From an uncultured Actinomycetota bacterium (GTDB lineage Bacteria > Actinomycetota > Thermoleophilia > Solirubrobacterales > Solirubrobacteraceae), in assembly GCA_963797705.1 (NCBI GenBank), contig CAWCQL010000002.1, forward strand, positions 877,438-941,437: DNA of 64,000 bases, read 5' to 3'. Below, piece after piece: positions 49,976 through 62,659 of the stretch. The translations under genes and the position numbers were made by a program. Within the stretch, counting starts at the first letter, position 1, and the number at the start of each line of letters is the position of its first letter. Under the pieces are notes generated by a model that worked only from the letters and a program-made list of their open reading frames with translations, was not told where the DNA came from and did no database searches.

Positions 49976-51984
49976 GTGGCGGAGATGAGGAAGTAGAGGG
50001 CCATGCCGGAGATGCCGACGAGGATGGCCGCCGCGTAGTAACGCAGGTAGCCGGTCTGGGCGCGGCGCACCGCGGCCGAGGCGGCACGCACAACCCCGGT
50101 GGTGCCCCCGGTGATCCCGCCGGCGATGACGCCCCGCTCGAGCACCGACTCGTTGAAGCGACCCAGCCACTGCGTCGGGCGGACGACGAGCAGGTCGATG
50201 AGCTCGTCGAAGTACCACTTGTTGTAGAGGAAGGTGTGCAGCCGCGGGAGCCGCGCCTGCAGCGCCGCCGACGTGCCGGGCTTGAGCACCCAGGTTCGGT
50301 AGGCGATCGCGATGCCCGCAACGGCGATGAGCGCGCCGATGATCAGCCCGATCCACTCGGGTCCGGTGCCGGCCTCCAGGTTGTAGAGCGGCGAGGTGGC
50401 GAACGTCGGCTCCAGGAACTTGGTGAGCGCGTCGTCGACGCCGGGGATCTGCAGCGCTCCGCCGATCACCGCCAGCACCGCCAGCCCGCTCATGGCGACA
50501 CGCATCGGCCAGTCACGCTCGGCGATGTGGTGATCGACGCCCGGGAAGCCCACGTCGGTGTCCTCGGCCTCGCCCGTCTGCGGATTGGTGGGGACGTCGT
50601 GATGGACGAGGTGGCCGTGCTCGAGCTCGCGGGCCTCCTCGCAGGGCTCGCCCCAGAAGGCGCGGAAGATCATCCGGAAGGTGTAGATCCCGGTCATCAG
50701 CGCGCCGACATAGCCGAGGATGCCGAGGATCTCAAACCCCCCGCCGCGGTTGTTCAGATAACCGATGATGTCGTCCTTGGACAGCCAGCCTGAGAACGGG
50801 GGAAGCCCCGACAGGGCGAGGCCGCCCACCATGAAGGCCAGGAAGGTGAACGGCAGCGCCTTGCGAAAGCCGCTCATCCGGTTCAGCGACTGCTCGCCGC
50901 CCATGGCGCTGATGATCGAGCCGGCGGCCATGAACAGCAGCGCCTTGAAGAAGGCGTGGGTCATGAGGTGAAACAGGCCCGCTGAATAGGCGCCCACCGA
51001 GACGCCCATGATCATGTAGCCGATCTGAGACATCGTCGAGTAGGCGATCACGCGCTTCAGATCGGTCTGGACGATGGCGATGGTGGCGGCGATGAGCAGC
51101 GTGAGGCAGCCGACGATCGCGCCCACGTCGGCGGCGGTGGTGGCGATCTCGAAGAACGGGTGCATGCGCGCGATGAGGTACACGCCGGCGGTCACCATGG
51201 TGGCGGCGTGGATCAGTGCCGAGACGGGGGTGGGGCCCTCCATGGCGTCGGGCAACCATGTGTGCAGCGGAACCTGGGCGGACTTGGCAAAGGCTCCGAC
51301 GAGCAGCAGCAGGCAGCCCGCCACCAGGTCGGTGCTGTTGTGACTGAAGACGTGGGGGGCGGCGGCGAACGCCTTCTGGAAGTCGAGGGTGTGGGTGTGG
51401 CGGAGGATGAAGAACGTGCCCAGGACCAGCCCGACGTCGCCGAGCACGTTGATGACGAAGGCCTTGAAGCCCGCCTTGGTGGCCGTGGAGCGCCGGTACC
51501 AGAAGGAGATGAGCAGGTAGGACGCGGCGCCGACGAAGGCCCACCCGACGATGAGCAGCAGGAAGTTGCCCGCCAGCACCAGCAGCAGCATCGAGAAGAC
51601 GAAGAAGTTGAGGTAGGCGAAGTACCGGCTGTAGCCGCGGTCTGACTTCAGGTAGGCGATCGAGTACATGTGGATGAGGGTCGAGACCCCCGAGACCACC
51701 AGTGCCATGAAGATCGACAGCGGGTCCACCAGGATCGATAGCTGGGCGTCGACGCCGACGGTGACGTCGTAGTCCCACAGCTTCGAGGTCAGTTCCCGGT
51801 GGCTGGTCGGGTCGCCCAGCAGCGAGAACAGCGCGCCGAGCGAGGCCGCGAAGGCCAGTGCGATGGCCAGCGTCGCCAGCCACCCGGCGCTGGTGCCGGG
51901 CAGGCGCTTGTAGCTGAGCGCGATCAGGATCGTCCCCACCAGGGGGAAGAGCAGGATCAGCCAGCCAAAGGTGGTTGCGCTCAC
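49972..51984 (-). CDS. nuoL: NADH-quinone oxidoreductase subunit L
   Basis: KSAQVPLHTWLPDAMEGPTPVSALIHAATMV, HAFFKALLF. Confidence 0.96.
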   Translation of the reverse strand: MSATTFGWLILLFPLVGTILIALSYKRLPGTSAGWLATLAIALAFAASLGALFSLLGDPTSHRELTSKLWDYDVTVGVDAQLSILVDPLSIFMALVVSGVSTLIHMYSIAYLKSDRGYSRYFAYLNFFVFSMLLLVLAGNFLLLIVGWAFVGAASYLLISFWYRRSTATKAGFKAFVINVLGDVGLVLGTFFILRHTHTLDFQKAFAAAPHVFSHNSTDLVAGCLLLLVGAFAKSAQVPLHTWLPDAMEGPTPVSALIHAATMVTAGVYLIARMHPFFEIATTAADVGAIVGCLTLLIAATIAIVQTDLKRVIAYSTMSQIGYMIMGVSVGAYSAGLFHLMTHAFFKALLFMAAGSIISAMGGEQSLNRMSGFRKALPFTFLAFMVGGLALSGLPPFSGWLSKDDIIGYLNNRGGGFEILGILGYVGALMTGIYTFRMIFRAFWGEPCEEARELEHGHLVHHDVPTNPQTGEAEDTDVGFPGVDHHIAERDWPMRVAMSGLAVLAVIGGALQIPGVDDALTKFLEPTFATSPLYNLEAGTGPEWIGLIIGALIAVAGIAIAYRTWVLKPGTSAALQARLPRLHTFLYNKWYFDELIDLLVVRPTQWLGRFNESVLERGVIAGGITGGTTGVVRAASAAVRRAQTGYLRYYAAAILVGISGMALYFLISAT

Positions 51985-51991
51985 GCCCGCG

Positions 51992-52291
51992 TCACCCGTT
52001 GAGCTCGTTGAGGTCGTCCACGTTGACCGGTAGCTGGCGCCGGTAGATGGCCACGATGAGGCCGAGCCCCACCGTCACCTCGCAGGCGGCCACCACCATC
52101 ACGATCAGCGCGAAGATCTGGCCGTCCTCGTGGCCCCACATGCGCGAGAAGGCGACGAGCGCGAGGTTGCCGGCGTTGAGCATCAGCTCCAGGCAGAGCA
52201 GGATGACCAGCGGGTTGGGGCGGGTGATGACCCCGACGGCGCCGATGCAGAAGATGAGGGCCGAGACGGTGAGGTACCAGCCGATCGCCAT
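51992..52291 (-). CDS. nuoK: NADH-quinone oxidoreductase subunit K
   Basis: ELMLNA, VAACEVTVGL. Confidence 0.95.
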   Translation of the reverse strand: MAIGWYLTVSALIFCIGAVGVITRPNPLVILLCLELMLNAGNLALVAFSRMWGHEDGQIFALIVMVVAACEVTVGLGLIVAIYRRQLPVNVDDLNELNG

Positions 52292-53020
52292 CTACCAACC
52301 CCCCTCGCCCTTCTCGCCCGAGCCCGATCCAGTCCCAGACCCAGAGCTGCCGACGCCCGCGGGTGGTGAGGTCTGCGCGCCGATCGGCTCGGTCTGCTCG
52401 TGAGCGTCGGTGGTGGTCCCGGCCCCCTCGCGGAAGCCCGCGGCTTCGGCCATGGTGCCGGTGAACACCGAGCGCGGGAAGTGCAGGGTCGCCTCGAACG
52501 CGTCGTCGGGCTCCAGGCCGCGACGGCGGCGCGCCAGCACGACCGCGCCGATCGCTGCCACCAACAGCAGCAGCGAGGCGATCTCGAACGGGAACAGGTA
52601 CGTGGTCAGGAACAGCGTGCCGATGTGCTGGGGCGTGCCGAATCCGGGGACGTAGGGGGCACCCTCGGACGAGATGCCTTTCAGCGCCGTGCCGAGCATG
52701 GCGATGCACAGCTCAATTGCCACCGCCAGCCCGAACAGCGGCGCCAGGAACCGCAGCGAGTTACCGGGGCGATGCAGGGGGGTGTCGGCGCCGCCGATGT
52801 AGGCCACCACGAACACGTAGAGCACCATCACCGCGCCGGCGTAGACGATCACCTGGGCAGCGGCCACGAACTCGGCGCGCAGCAGCAGGAACAGCGCCGC
52901 CAGCGCGATCAGGTGACACACCAGCGAGAGCACGCTGTAGAAGGGGTTGCGGATGATGACGACGCCAATGGCTCCGGCCAGGGCGCCGATCGCGGCGATG
53001 AAGAAGAGGACCGCGCTCAC
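52292..53020 (-). CDS. nuoJ: NADH-quinone oxidoreductase subunit J
   Basis: [26 protein letters not shown]. Confidence 0.93.
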   Translation of the reverse strand: MSAVLFFIAAIGALAGAIGVVIIRNPFYSVLSLVCHLIALAALFLLLRAEFVAAAQVIVYAGAVMVLYVFVVAYIGGADTPLHRPGNSLRFLAPLFGLAVAIELCIAMLGTALKGISSEGAPYVPGFGTPQHIGTLFLTTYLFPFEIASLLLLVAAIGAVVLARRRRGLEPDDAFEATLHFPRSVFTGTMAEAAGFREGAGTTTDAHEQTEPIGAQTSPPAGVGSSGSGTGSGSGEKGEGGW

Positions 53021-53553
53021 TCCCCCTCCCTTCGCAGCGGGGTGCGCTCGACGGCCTCGGACAGCAGCATCTCCTTGGTGAAGATGAGGTCCGAGCGCGT
53101 GTAGTCCGACATCTCGTAGTCGTGGCCCATCGTGATCGCGTCAAACGGGCACGCCACTTCGCAGTAGCCGCAGAAGATGCAGCGGCTGAGGTTGATCTCG
53201 TACACCGCGGCGTAGCGCTCGCCGGCCGACACGCGGTTCTCCGGCGTGTTCTCGGCGGCGACGACGCGGATGCAGTCAGCGGGACAGGCGGCGGCGCACA
53301 GCGAGCAGCCGACGCACTTCTCCAGTCCGGTGTCCTCGAAACGGTGCAGCTTGTGGCGGCCGCGGAAGCGCGGGTAGACCGGGGTCTTCTCCTCCGGGTA
53401 CTGGATCGTGGTTGGCCCCTCGACGATCCGGGCGAACGTCGTCTTGAGGCCGCGCAGGGTCTCGCCGAAGATTCGGTAGGCGCCGCGCACCGGGCCCGCG
53501 CCCGGGCTGCGGATGACCTCAATGACGTCTGAGCCGGGGTTGTAGGGGGTCAT
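53017..53553 (-). CDS. nuoI: NADH-quinone oxidoreductase subunit I
   Basis: [24 protein letters not shown]. Confidence 0.96.
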   Translation of the reverse strand: MTPYNPGSDVIEVIRSPGAGPVRGAYRIFGETLRGLKTTFARIVEGPTTIQYPEEKTPVYPRFRGRHKLHRFEDTGLEKCVGCSLCAAACPADCIRVVAAENTPENRVSAGERYAAVYEINLSRCIFCGYCEVACPFDAITMGHDYEMSDYTRSDLIFTKEMLLSEAVERTPLRREGE

Positions 53554-53584
53554 GTGAGCCTCCCGTGTTCGAAGCGCGCAGCGG

Positions 53585-54608
53585 TCATGACACCACGACG
53601 ATGGCCGTGACCAGCAGGTTGAGGGTCGCCAGCGGCAGCAGGACCTTCCAGCCGAAGGACATCAGCTGGTCGTAGCGCAGGCGCGGCAGCGTGGCGCGGA
53701 TCCAGATGAAGAAGGTGATGACCAGCATCATCTTCACGATGACCACGATGGGATCGACCCAGCCCGGAGGATGGATCCCGAACGGCATCAGCCAGCCTCC
53801 GAGGAACAGCGTCGTCGCCAGCCCGGAGACGACGATGACATTGGCGTACTCGGCGAACTGGTAGGCCACGAAGGCCATGCCGCCGTACTCGGTGAAATAG
53901 CTCCCCACCAGTTCGGCGTCGGCGATGACGACGTCGAACGGCGCGCGGTTGGTCTCGGCGAACGACGCCGTCATGAAGATGAGAAAGCCCGCGAACTGCG
54001 GGATGACGTACCACATGCCCTCCTGGGCATGGACGATGCCCGGTCAAGGAGAGCGTCCCCGCGGTGATGATCACGCCGACGAGGGCCAGCGACTGCGAGA
54101 CCTCGTAGGAGATGAGCTGCGCGGCGCCGCGCATTGCGCCCAGGAACGAGTACTTCGAGCCCGAGGCCCAGCCCCCCAGCATGATCCCGTAGAAGGAGAT
54201 GCCGCCGAACGCGAACACGTACAGCGGCCCGATCGAGACGTCGATGCCGTAGAGGCCGATGGGGCGCCCGAAGATGCTCTGCACGTCCCCGAAGGGCAGC
54301 AGTGCCATCGAGGCCACGGCGGTGAGGATCGCGATCATCGGCGCGATGCGGTACAGCGAGGTCACCGCGGTCGCCGGGCGGAACGGCTCCTTGACCGCGA
54401 GCTTGACGGCCTCGGCCAGCGGCTGGATGAGGCCGTAGGGGCCGACGCGGTTGGGTCCGTAGCGGCCCTGGAAGCGTCCCAGCAGCTTGCGCTCGTAGAC
54501 GATGATGATCGGCAGCACGGCGAAGATCACGCCGAAGATCACGATGGCCTTGATGATCTGGATCCACCAGGGCTCGATCAGGTTGACGTCCGCCATCACC
54601 AGGCTCAC
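53585..54608 (-). CDS. nuoH: NADH-quinone oxidoreductase subunit H (frameshift near 54040)
   Basis: [32 protein letters not shown]. Confidence 0.93.
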
Positions 54609-57085
54609 GGCTTGATCACCTGGATTTCGATCCGCCCGCCCCGGTCAGGATGTTGGCCGACTGAATCGACAGCCCGTCGGCGAGGAAGGCGCTGCCGGCC
54701 GGGACCGCCGAGCGTACGAAGGCCTTGGCGGCCAGGCGGGTGCCGTTCTGGGCGACGACGACCTCCTCACCGTGCAGCACGCCCAGGCGCTGGGCGTCCT
54801 CGGGCGACAGCTCGACCTGCTGCTCGGGGATGAGGAACTTCAGCGCCGGGGAGATCTCGCACTCGGGCGCGGCCCAGATCGGCCGGTAGGTCCCCAGGCG
54901 CAGGTGGCCGTTGGGCGACGCCGCGCCGGCCCACGCGTCGGACGACACAGGCCCTGCCGACGCGTCAGGCGGCGAGGTCTCGGCGCTGAGCGCCATGGAC
55001 TGGGCCTCGGGGCGCTCGGGCCAGCGCACTCCGCGCCCGCCGATCTCCTCGAGCGTCAGCCCCGCGTAGAACGGCACCGCCGCCACCAACTGCGCGAAGG
55101 CGTCCTCGGCGCGCTCGCACGCCGGTGTCCAATCCGCACGCCGCGGCGATCTCGGTCAGCACCCACCAGCCGGCGCGGACCTCGCCGGGATAGGCGATCG
55201 CGATCCGCTGGCGCTGCAGCCGGCCGTCGGGGTGCACGAGCGTGCCCTCCTTCTCGGCGTACGACTCGGCGGGGAAGATGACGGTGGCGTGCTCGGCCAG
55301 ACCCTCGGTCAGCACCGACGCGTGGGCGACGACGAGCGCGGCGGAGCGCATCGCGCGCTCCCAGAGCCCGCGGTTGGGCGCGTCGCGCACCGGGTCGGTG
55401 CCGAACAGGTGAAGCGCGGTGATCTCGCCGGCGGCCGCGGCCTCACCGATCCCGGTGGCGTTGAGGCCGGGGGTCGTCACGGCGGCGTAGTCCGGGACCG
55501 GCATCTGGCACGACACCGGCCTCGCGCAGGCCACGCCCGTTGGCCCCCGCGGGCAGCGCCAGCAGCCCGGCGCCCTCGCGCCCGGCCAGTCCGAGGCGGC
55601 GGGCGATGCGGACCAGCGTCGCCGCCGCGGCGGCGCCGACGCGCTCGCCGAAGATGATCACCACGTCCTCGCCGCCGTCGCGCAGCAGTGCCGCCAGGGC
55701 GGCCGATCTCCTCGGCGACGTCGGTGGCGCCGTCCAGCGCGCGCTCCAGCGCGGCCGCGAAGGGGGCGTCGGCGCCGGGCGCGTAGCGGATGCTGGCGGT
55801 GGCGTTGGCCTCCAGCGCCGTGGGCCGCGCCGTGGCGATCGCCAGCTTGACGCCGTTGCGGCGCACGCCCTTGCGGATGCGCAGGTCGAGGATCGGTGAG
55901 TCGTCGCGCGGGTCACAGCCGAACAGCAGCACGGTGTGAGCGAACTCGATGTCGGGGACTGTGGCTCCGAGCTCGGGGGCGGCCAGCGCCCGGGCCACGT
56001 CGACGGGAATCGGAGAACCGGTCGCTCCGGAGCCCCGCGAGTCGATGTCCGAGCTCTGCAGCGCCTCGCGGCTGAGGCGCTGGAGGAGGAAGCCCTCCTC
56101 GTTGGAGGCCTGCCCGCCGACGAGCGTGCCGACGCGGCCCGCGTGGCGCGCCAGTCCCGCCGCGGTCTGCAGCGCGCGCTCCCAGGAGACCTCGCGCAGC
56201 TCGTCGCCGTCGCGCACCAGCGGCCGGGTGATGCGATCGTCGACGTGGATCGCCTGGTAGGCGAAGCGGCCCTTGTCGCACAGCCAGCCGTCGTCGACGT
56301 CCTCGTTGCCGTTGAATTCACGAGACAGGACACGCACCACGCGCTCGTCGCGGACGGTGAAGGTGACGTTGCACTGCGAGGAGCACAGCGTGCATACGCC
56401 GGCGGCGCTCTCGTTGTCCCACGGGCGCGCGCGGAAGCGGTAGGGCTGGGAGGTGAGCGCGCCCACCGGGCACAGCTCGATGATGTTGCCGCTGAACGGC
56501 GCGACGTAGGGGTGACCGTCGTGGGTGCCGACGAACGTGTGGGCGCCGCGCTCGGTGAAGATGAGCTGGTAGTCCTCGGCGATCTCCTGGCGAGAAGCGC
56601 ACGCAGCGGTAACAGAGGATGCAGCGTTCCCGGTCGATGGCGACGAGCGGCGACAGCGCCAGCGGCTTCTCGAAGTGGCGCTTGGGCTCGATGAAGCGGC
56701 TGCGGCCGAGACCCCAGCCGAAGGTGATGTCCTGCAGCGGGCACTCGCCCCCCTTGTCGCAGACCGGGCAGTCGAGCGGATGGTTGACGAGCAGGAACTC
56801 CACCACCGCGTTCTGGGCCTTGCGCACGCGTTCGGTCTGGGTGTGGACGACCATGCCGTCCTTGACCGGGGTCGAGCAGCTCGTCTGCAGCTTCGGGATG
56901 CCCTCGACCTCGACCAGGCACATGCGGCACGCGCCGACGGGCTGGCCGAGCTTGGGCTCGTAGCAGAAGTAGGGGATCTCGACGTCGCCCTGCTTGGCGG
57001 CGTCGACGAGCATGGCGCCCTCGATGGCCTGCACCTCGCGGCCGTCGATGGTCAGCTGAATGGTCTTGCGCTCTGGACGTGGCAT
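54605..57085 (-). CDS. nuoG: NADH-quinone oxidoreductase subunit G (several frameshifts)
   Basis: [54 protein letters not shown]. Confidence 0.9.
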
Positions 57086-57099
57086 CGGCGGGCGTGGGG

Positions 57100-58427
57100 T
57101 CAGTGGACGGGGATGGGACCGGCGTGCTCGTCGGCCACCCCGAGCGCGACGACGTCTTCGCAGCGCCGCGCCCTCGGCGCGCTCGCGCGCCGCCTCGATC
57201 TCTGCCTCGAGCTCGGCGCGGAACTTTGCCACCATCGAGCCGATCGGCATCGCCATGGCGTCGCCGAGCACGCACAGGCAGTTGCCGATGATCTGCTCCT
57301 GGACCGAGGCCATGATGTCGAGGTCCATGGGCGTCGCCTCGCCGGTGTAGATCCGCTGGACCATCTTGTGGGTCCAGTTGGTCCCCTCGCGGCACGGGAC
57401 GCACTTGCCGCACGACTCGTGGGCGTAGAACTTGGCCACCTTGAGCATGGTGTCCAGGATCCGCCGCGACTCGTCGGCGATGATGATGGCGCCGGAGCCG
57501 AGCATCGTGCCCGCCTTGGCCATCGAGTCGAAGTCGTAGGGGACGTCGAGGTCGTCGCCGGTGAGCACCGGCGAGCTGGACCCGCCGGGGAACCAGAACT
57601 TGACCTTCTTGCCGCTGGGCGGGCCACCCGCGAGGCCGTAGATGATCTCCCGTGACGGGATCCCCAGCTCGATCTCGTAGTTGCCGGGGCGCTTGACGTC
57701 GCCGGAGATGGAGACCAGCTTGGTCCCGGTCGAGGTCTCGGTGCCGATCTTGGCGTACTCGTCGCCGCCCATCCGCATGATGTACGGGACGGTGGAGAGC
57801 GTCTCGACGTTGTTGATGAGCGTCGGTCCGGCGTAGAGACCCTCGATCGCCGGGAACGGGGGCTTGAGCCGCGGGTTGCCGCGCTTGCCCTCCAGCGAGT
57901 CCAGCAGGCCGGTCTCCTCGCCGCAGATGTAGGCGCCGGCGCCGCGGTGCAGCACGAGCGACATCGGTGAAGTCAGAGCCGAGGATCCGCTCGCCCAGAT
58001 AGCCGGCGTTGGCGGCCTCGGCGATCGCTGCCTCCAGGATGTCGGCCTGGAGCTGGTACTCGCCGCGGATGTAGATGAACGACTTGTTGATGCCCCCGGC
58101 GTAGGCGGCGATGGCGATCCCCTCGATGAGCGCGTGCGGGATCTTCTGCATCAGCTCGCGGTCCTTGAAGGTGCCCGGCTCGGACTCGTCGGCGTTGCAG
58201 ACCAGGTACTTGACCATGTCGCCGTGGGGCAGGAACGAGATCTTGCGCCCCATCTGGAATCCGGCGCCGCCGCGGCCGCGGATGCCCGACTCCATGATCT
58301 GGGTCAGGACGTCCTCGGGCGTCATGGTCAGCGCCCTGCGCAGCATCTCGTAGCCGCCGCGGCGCTCGTAGACGTCCAGGGTGTTCAGCCCCGGCTCGTC
58401 GATGCGGTCGAAGAGGATCGGCTTCAT
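57100..58427 (-). CDS. nuoF: NADH-quinone oxidoreductase subunit F (frameshifted)
   Basis: [40 protein letters not shown]. Confidence 0.93.
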
Positions 58428-59159
58428 GTCTCGCTCTGGTCGTGAGGGGATGGCGTCTCGCCGCCCGCGTTGGGGTCCGCCGAGCGGCGGTAGCGCAACT
58501 GCTTGTCGGGCAGGACCGGCCGGCCGGCGGCGAGGTCCTCGACGATCCGCTCGGCGTCGGCGAGCTCCAGCGGACCGACGTACTCGCCGTTGACCGATGC
58601 CATCGGCCCGATGTCGCACGCGCCCAGGCATTCGAAGGAGCGCACGTCGATGTCCTGGTCCTCGGCCGCCGCGGCCATCGCGTCGTAGAACTCGTCGGCG
58701 CCGAGGATCGAGCAGGAGATGTTCGTGCACACGAACACGTCGTTTGAGTGCTTGGGCTCGCAGCTCGAACATGTCGTAGAAGCTCGCGACCGAGGTCAGG
58801 TAGGCGGGGGTGAGGCGCATGACCGCGGCAACCTGCTCGATGGCCTCCGGTGAGCACCAGCCGTGCACCGCCTGGGCGGCATGCAGCGCCGGGATCGCCG
58901 CCGAGCGGCGGTCGGGGTACTTGGCCATGGACGCCTCGATCTCTCGGCGCAGCTCCTCCGGGACCGGGGTGGTGGCCGGGTCGGGGATGACCGCGGGGTC
59001 CTTGGTGAGGTCGACGGCGTCGTCCCAGCCGGGCACGCGCGAGCCATGGCCGAAGCGCGGAACCAGGCGTGACAGCGAGCCGAGCGGGTCGCGGTGCTCG
59101 CCGTGGCGCTCGGAGAGCTCGTCGTTGAGGTCGGCCGGATGGTGGTCGCGGTAGCTCAT
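58424..59159 (-). CDS. nuoE: NADH-quinone oxidoreductase subunit E (frameshifted, N-terminal extension)
   Basis: [22 protein letters not shown]. Confidence 0.88.
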
Positions 59160-60407
59160 CGGTCGATGCCGCCCAGGATCGGGTCGAGCATGGCCAGGGT
59201 GGCGATCAGGTCGGCCAGGTAGCTGTCGCGGACCATCGGGGCCAGCGCCTGGAGGTTGACGAAGCTCGGGTCGCGCATGTGCACGCGGGCCGGCTTGGCC
59301 GAGCCGTCGGCGCGCACGAAGCAGCCCAGCTCGCCGCGGGGGCCCTCGATCGGGTAGTAGGCCTCGCCCGGCGGGACGCGGAAGCCCTCGGTGACGAGCT
59401 TGAAGTGGTGGATCAGCGCCTCCATCGAGGTGGCCAGCTCGTGGCGCGGCGGCAGCGCGACCTTGCGGTCGGTGGTGATGTAGGGCCCCTCGGGCAGGCC
59501 CTCCAGCGCCTGGCGTGATGATCTTCACCGACTCGTAGATCTCGGCGTGGCGCACCCGGTAGCGGTCGTAGTTGTCGCCGACGGTGCCGACCGGGATCTT
59601 GAAGTCGAAGTGGTCATAGCTGGAGTACGGGGCCGCCTTGCGCAGGTCCCACGGGTTGCCGGCGGCGCGCAGCAGCGGGCCGGTGACGCCGAGCTAGAGC
59701 AGCGTCTTCTGCGTCCAGCGGGCACACGTGCCGTGCAGCCGCTCGAAGCACGATCTGGTTCTTCTCCAGCAGGTCGGCGTACTGGTCGGCGCGGGTGGGC
59801 ATCTCGGCCAGGAACGTGCGCAGCTTGGCGGCGAAGCCGCGCGGGATGTCCTCCATCACGCCGCCGACCTGGATGTAGCGCGTGTGCATCCGCTGGCCCG
59901 GAGGACATCTCGAACAGGTCGAGGATCTTCTCGCGCTCGCGGAAGCAGTACCAGAACATCGAGATCGCGCCGAGGTCCAGCGCGCTCGTGCCCAGCCACA
60001 CCAGGTGGGACATGATCCGGTTGAGCTCGAGGTGGATGACGCGCAGGTACTGCGCCCGCGGCGGCACCTCGACGTCGAGCGAGCGTCTCCACGGCGCCGC
60101 AGAAGGCCATCGCGTTGAAGTAGTAGGCCAGGTAGTCCATCCGCTCGACCACCGGGATGACCTTCCAGTAGGACTTGTCCTCGGCGGTCTTCTCGATCCC
60201 GGTGTGGACGTAGCCGATGATCGGCTTGATGTCGCGGACCACCTCGCCCTCCAGCGTGGCCAGCAGCCGCAGCACACCGTGGGTGGCGGGGTGGTGCGGG
60301 CCGATGTTGAGCGTGAGCAGCTCGTGGGTCTCGCCCTGCCCGGCCGGCTCGGCCGAGTAGGTGATCGACTCCTCGCGCTTGCGGTAATCGGCGGTGTCGA
60401 GCGCCAT
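59156..60407 (-). CDS. nuoD: NADH-quinone oxidoreductase subunit D (frameshifts and an in-frame TAG)
   Basis: [31 protein letters not shown]-terminal GGIDR. Confidence 0.92.
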
Positions 60408-60926
60408 TGCCACTGCTCCACTTCCCGTAGGCGTTCTCTTCGTTGTAGGTGAAGAGCACGGGCTCGCCGCCGACCGGGAAGTCGCGTCGCTGGGGGAAGC
60501 CCTCGAAGTCCTCGGGCATGAGGATCCGCCGCATGTCCGGATGACCCTCGAAGACGACGCCGAACATGTCGTACACCTCGCGCTCGGGGTACTCGGCGCC
60601 GGGGAACAGGCCCGGTCGCGGTGGCGATGCGCGGGTTGTCGGTGTGCACGCGGGCCTTGACCGTGATCCGGTCGACGTTCTGCATGTCCAGCAGCTCGTA
60701 GAGCACGCCCAGCCGGGGCTCGTCGGGGTAGTAGTCGACGCCGTGCAGGCTGGCCAGGAAGCTGTAGCCCTTCGCGATGCAGCGAGGTGAGGACCTCGAT
60801 CACGTGCGCCGGATGGACCAGCAGCACCGCGCGATCGCCCCGCCCGAAGTCGGTGCCGAGGATCGACTCTGCGTTGCGGTCGCGGAGTGCGTGGGCCGTC
60901 AGCTCGAGCCCGGTGGCGTCAGGCAC
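60400..60926 (-). CDS. nuoC: NADH-quinone oxidoreductase subunit C (frameshifted; end approximate)
   Basis: [29 protein letters not shown]. Confidence 0.88.
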
Positions 60927-61610
60927 CGGCGGTGTCCCCTCCCGGGAACACGTTGATCGCCGCATCGCCGCCGCTGGAGCTGCGTTCCGTCGGGCGACTA
61001 CTTCCTCGGTGCCGACCGCGTCGTAGCGCTCCCGCCAGCCATCGCGCTCGGTGCCGTGGATCTTCTCGCGCAGGCGCAGGATGCCGTGCATCAGCGCCTC
61101 GGGCCGCGGCGGGCAGCCGGGCACGTGCACGTCGATCGGCAGGAACTTGTCGGCGGGCACGAGCGCATAGTTGTTGAACACGCCCATCGACGAGCAGCAC
61201 GCGCCCATCGAGATGGCCCAGCTGGGCTCGAGCATCTGGTCGTAGATGCGGCGGATGACCGGGGCCATCTTCACCGACACCCGGCCCGAGAGGATGAGCA
61301 GGTCCGCCTGGCGCGGACTGGCCCAGAAGGCCTCCCAGCCGAACCGGGCGACGTCGACGCGCGCGCCGACGATCGACATCATCTCGATCGCGCAGCAGGC
61401 CAGCCCGAAGGTCAGCGGCCAGATCGAGTTGCCCTGCGACCACGCCACCGCCTTCTCCACCGTGGTGGTGAGGACGCTCTCCTTGACGTAGCGCTCCAGC
61501 GCCTCGCCCTCCAGGTCGCCGCGCAGCATGTCGCGGGCCTGCAGCTGGCGCGCGCGGAAGTCCGCCGGCGCCGCGGCGGCGGGGCCGAGCGGCTCTCGCT
61601 TTATTTCCAT
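60919..61610 (-). CDS. nuoB: NADH-quinone oxidoreductase subunit B
   Basis: [31 protein letters not shown]. Confidence 0.94.
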
Positions 61611-61964
61611 TCCAGGGCTCCTCGCCGCCAGACGTACACGAACGCCACCATGAGCAGGAGCGACGAAGACGACCGTCTCGCTCAGGGCGAAGGTGCCGAA
61701 CGCGCGCAGCTGGACTGCGATCGGGTACAGGAAGATGACCTCGATGTCGAACAGGATGAACAGCATCGCGATCAGGTAGAAGCTGATCCCGAAGCGGAAC
61801 CCGCGCTGGATCTCCGAGGGCAGACCGCACTCGTACGGGGTGGTCTTGCTCTGCTGGCGATGCGTCCCGCGCACGCCGGTGAAGAGGTTGAGAACTCCGA
61901 AGAGACCGCCTACGGCGGCGCCGAGCAGGAGGAAGACGATCGCCGGCAGATAGCTTCGAAGCAC
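61601..61964 (-). CDS. nuoA: NADH-quinone oxidoreductase subunit A (frameshift near the 3' end)
   Basis: [25 protein letters not shown]. Confidence 0.93.
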
Positions 61965-62126
61965 AGATCCTCTTATATCACCGACGTAGGGAAGCTTGTA
62001 ACACATTGTTACTTAGTGCGAAATGCGGCTATCTACTCCGTGCGTTTCTGGCCATACCTGGTGATCTCGGCAAGTTACGCCATAACGCGGATACCCACGT
62101 GAGCGTCCGGTGAAGTCGTTCATCTC

Positions 62127-62552
62127 GTGGTGGGGGTGCTGTGCATCGTGCTCGTCGGCGGCGCGGGGCTGTGGGGCGCGTGGTGCTGGTACCGCGTGCG
62201 GCGCAGCGCGCTGTTCTGGTGGCTGCTGCGCGCCGGGCAGGTGGCGGTGGTGCTCGAGGCGGCGCTCGGCGGTGTGCTGCTGCTGATGGGCCGCAAGGAA
62301 TCGAGCCTGCATCTGATCTACGGCCTGCTGCCGCTGGGGATCTCGTTCGTGGCCGAGCAGCTGCGGATCGCCTCGGCCCAGATGGTGTTGGACTCGCGTG
62401 GGTTCGCGTCCGACGCCGAGGTGGGCCGGCTGCCCGAGGCCGAGCAGCGGGTGGTGGTGGTGTCGATCCTCCAGCGTGAGCTGGGCGTGATGGTGCTCGC
62501 CGCGCTGGTGATCCTCGTGCTGCTGATCCGCGCTGCGGGCACCGGCGGCTGA
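62127..62552 (+). CDS. Membrane hypothetical protein (about four TM)
   Basis: Hydrophobic helices, LHLIYGLLP. Confidence 0.7.
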   Translation: MVGVLCIVLVGGAGLWGAWCWYRVRRSALFWWLLRAGQVAVVLEAALGGVLLLMGRKESSLHLIYGLLPLGISFVAEQLRIASAQMVLDSRGFASDAEVGRLPEAEQRVVVVSILQRELGVMVLAALVILVLLIRAAGTGG

Positions 62553-62560
62553 GCTTGGAC

Positions 62561-62659
62561 CCCCCGGCGTCGGCACCTCTGGTTGCCGCCGTAGGAGGAC
62601 GATCGCGCTGTTGTTTTGAGTACTGCGGTGGCGAACGTCGCACAAGCCGGCGCCGGGGG
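62561..62659 (+). ncRNA. Candidate structured RNA (long interrupted hairpin)
   Basis: Three stacked stems with G-U pairs on the + strand: 62561-74/62646-59, 62583-94/62623-34, 62596-603/62610-17. Confidence 0.35.

Noticed and set aside
55443-59555. 1370-aa ORF and similar long chimeric ORFs (26220-28427, 33892-35985, 59856-62006)
   Set aside because: They are mosaics of real gene fragments and off-frame Arg/Pro/Gly-rich text, produced by frameshifts and the scarcity of stops at high GC
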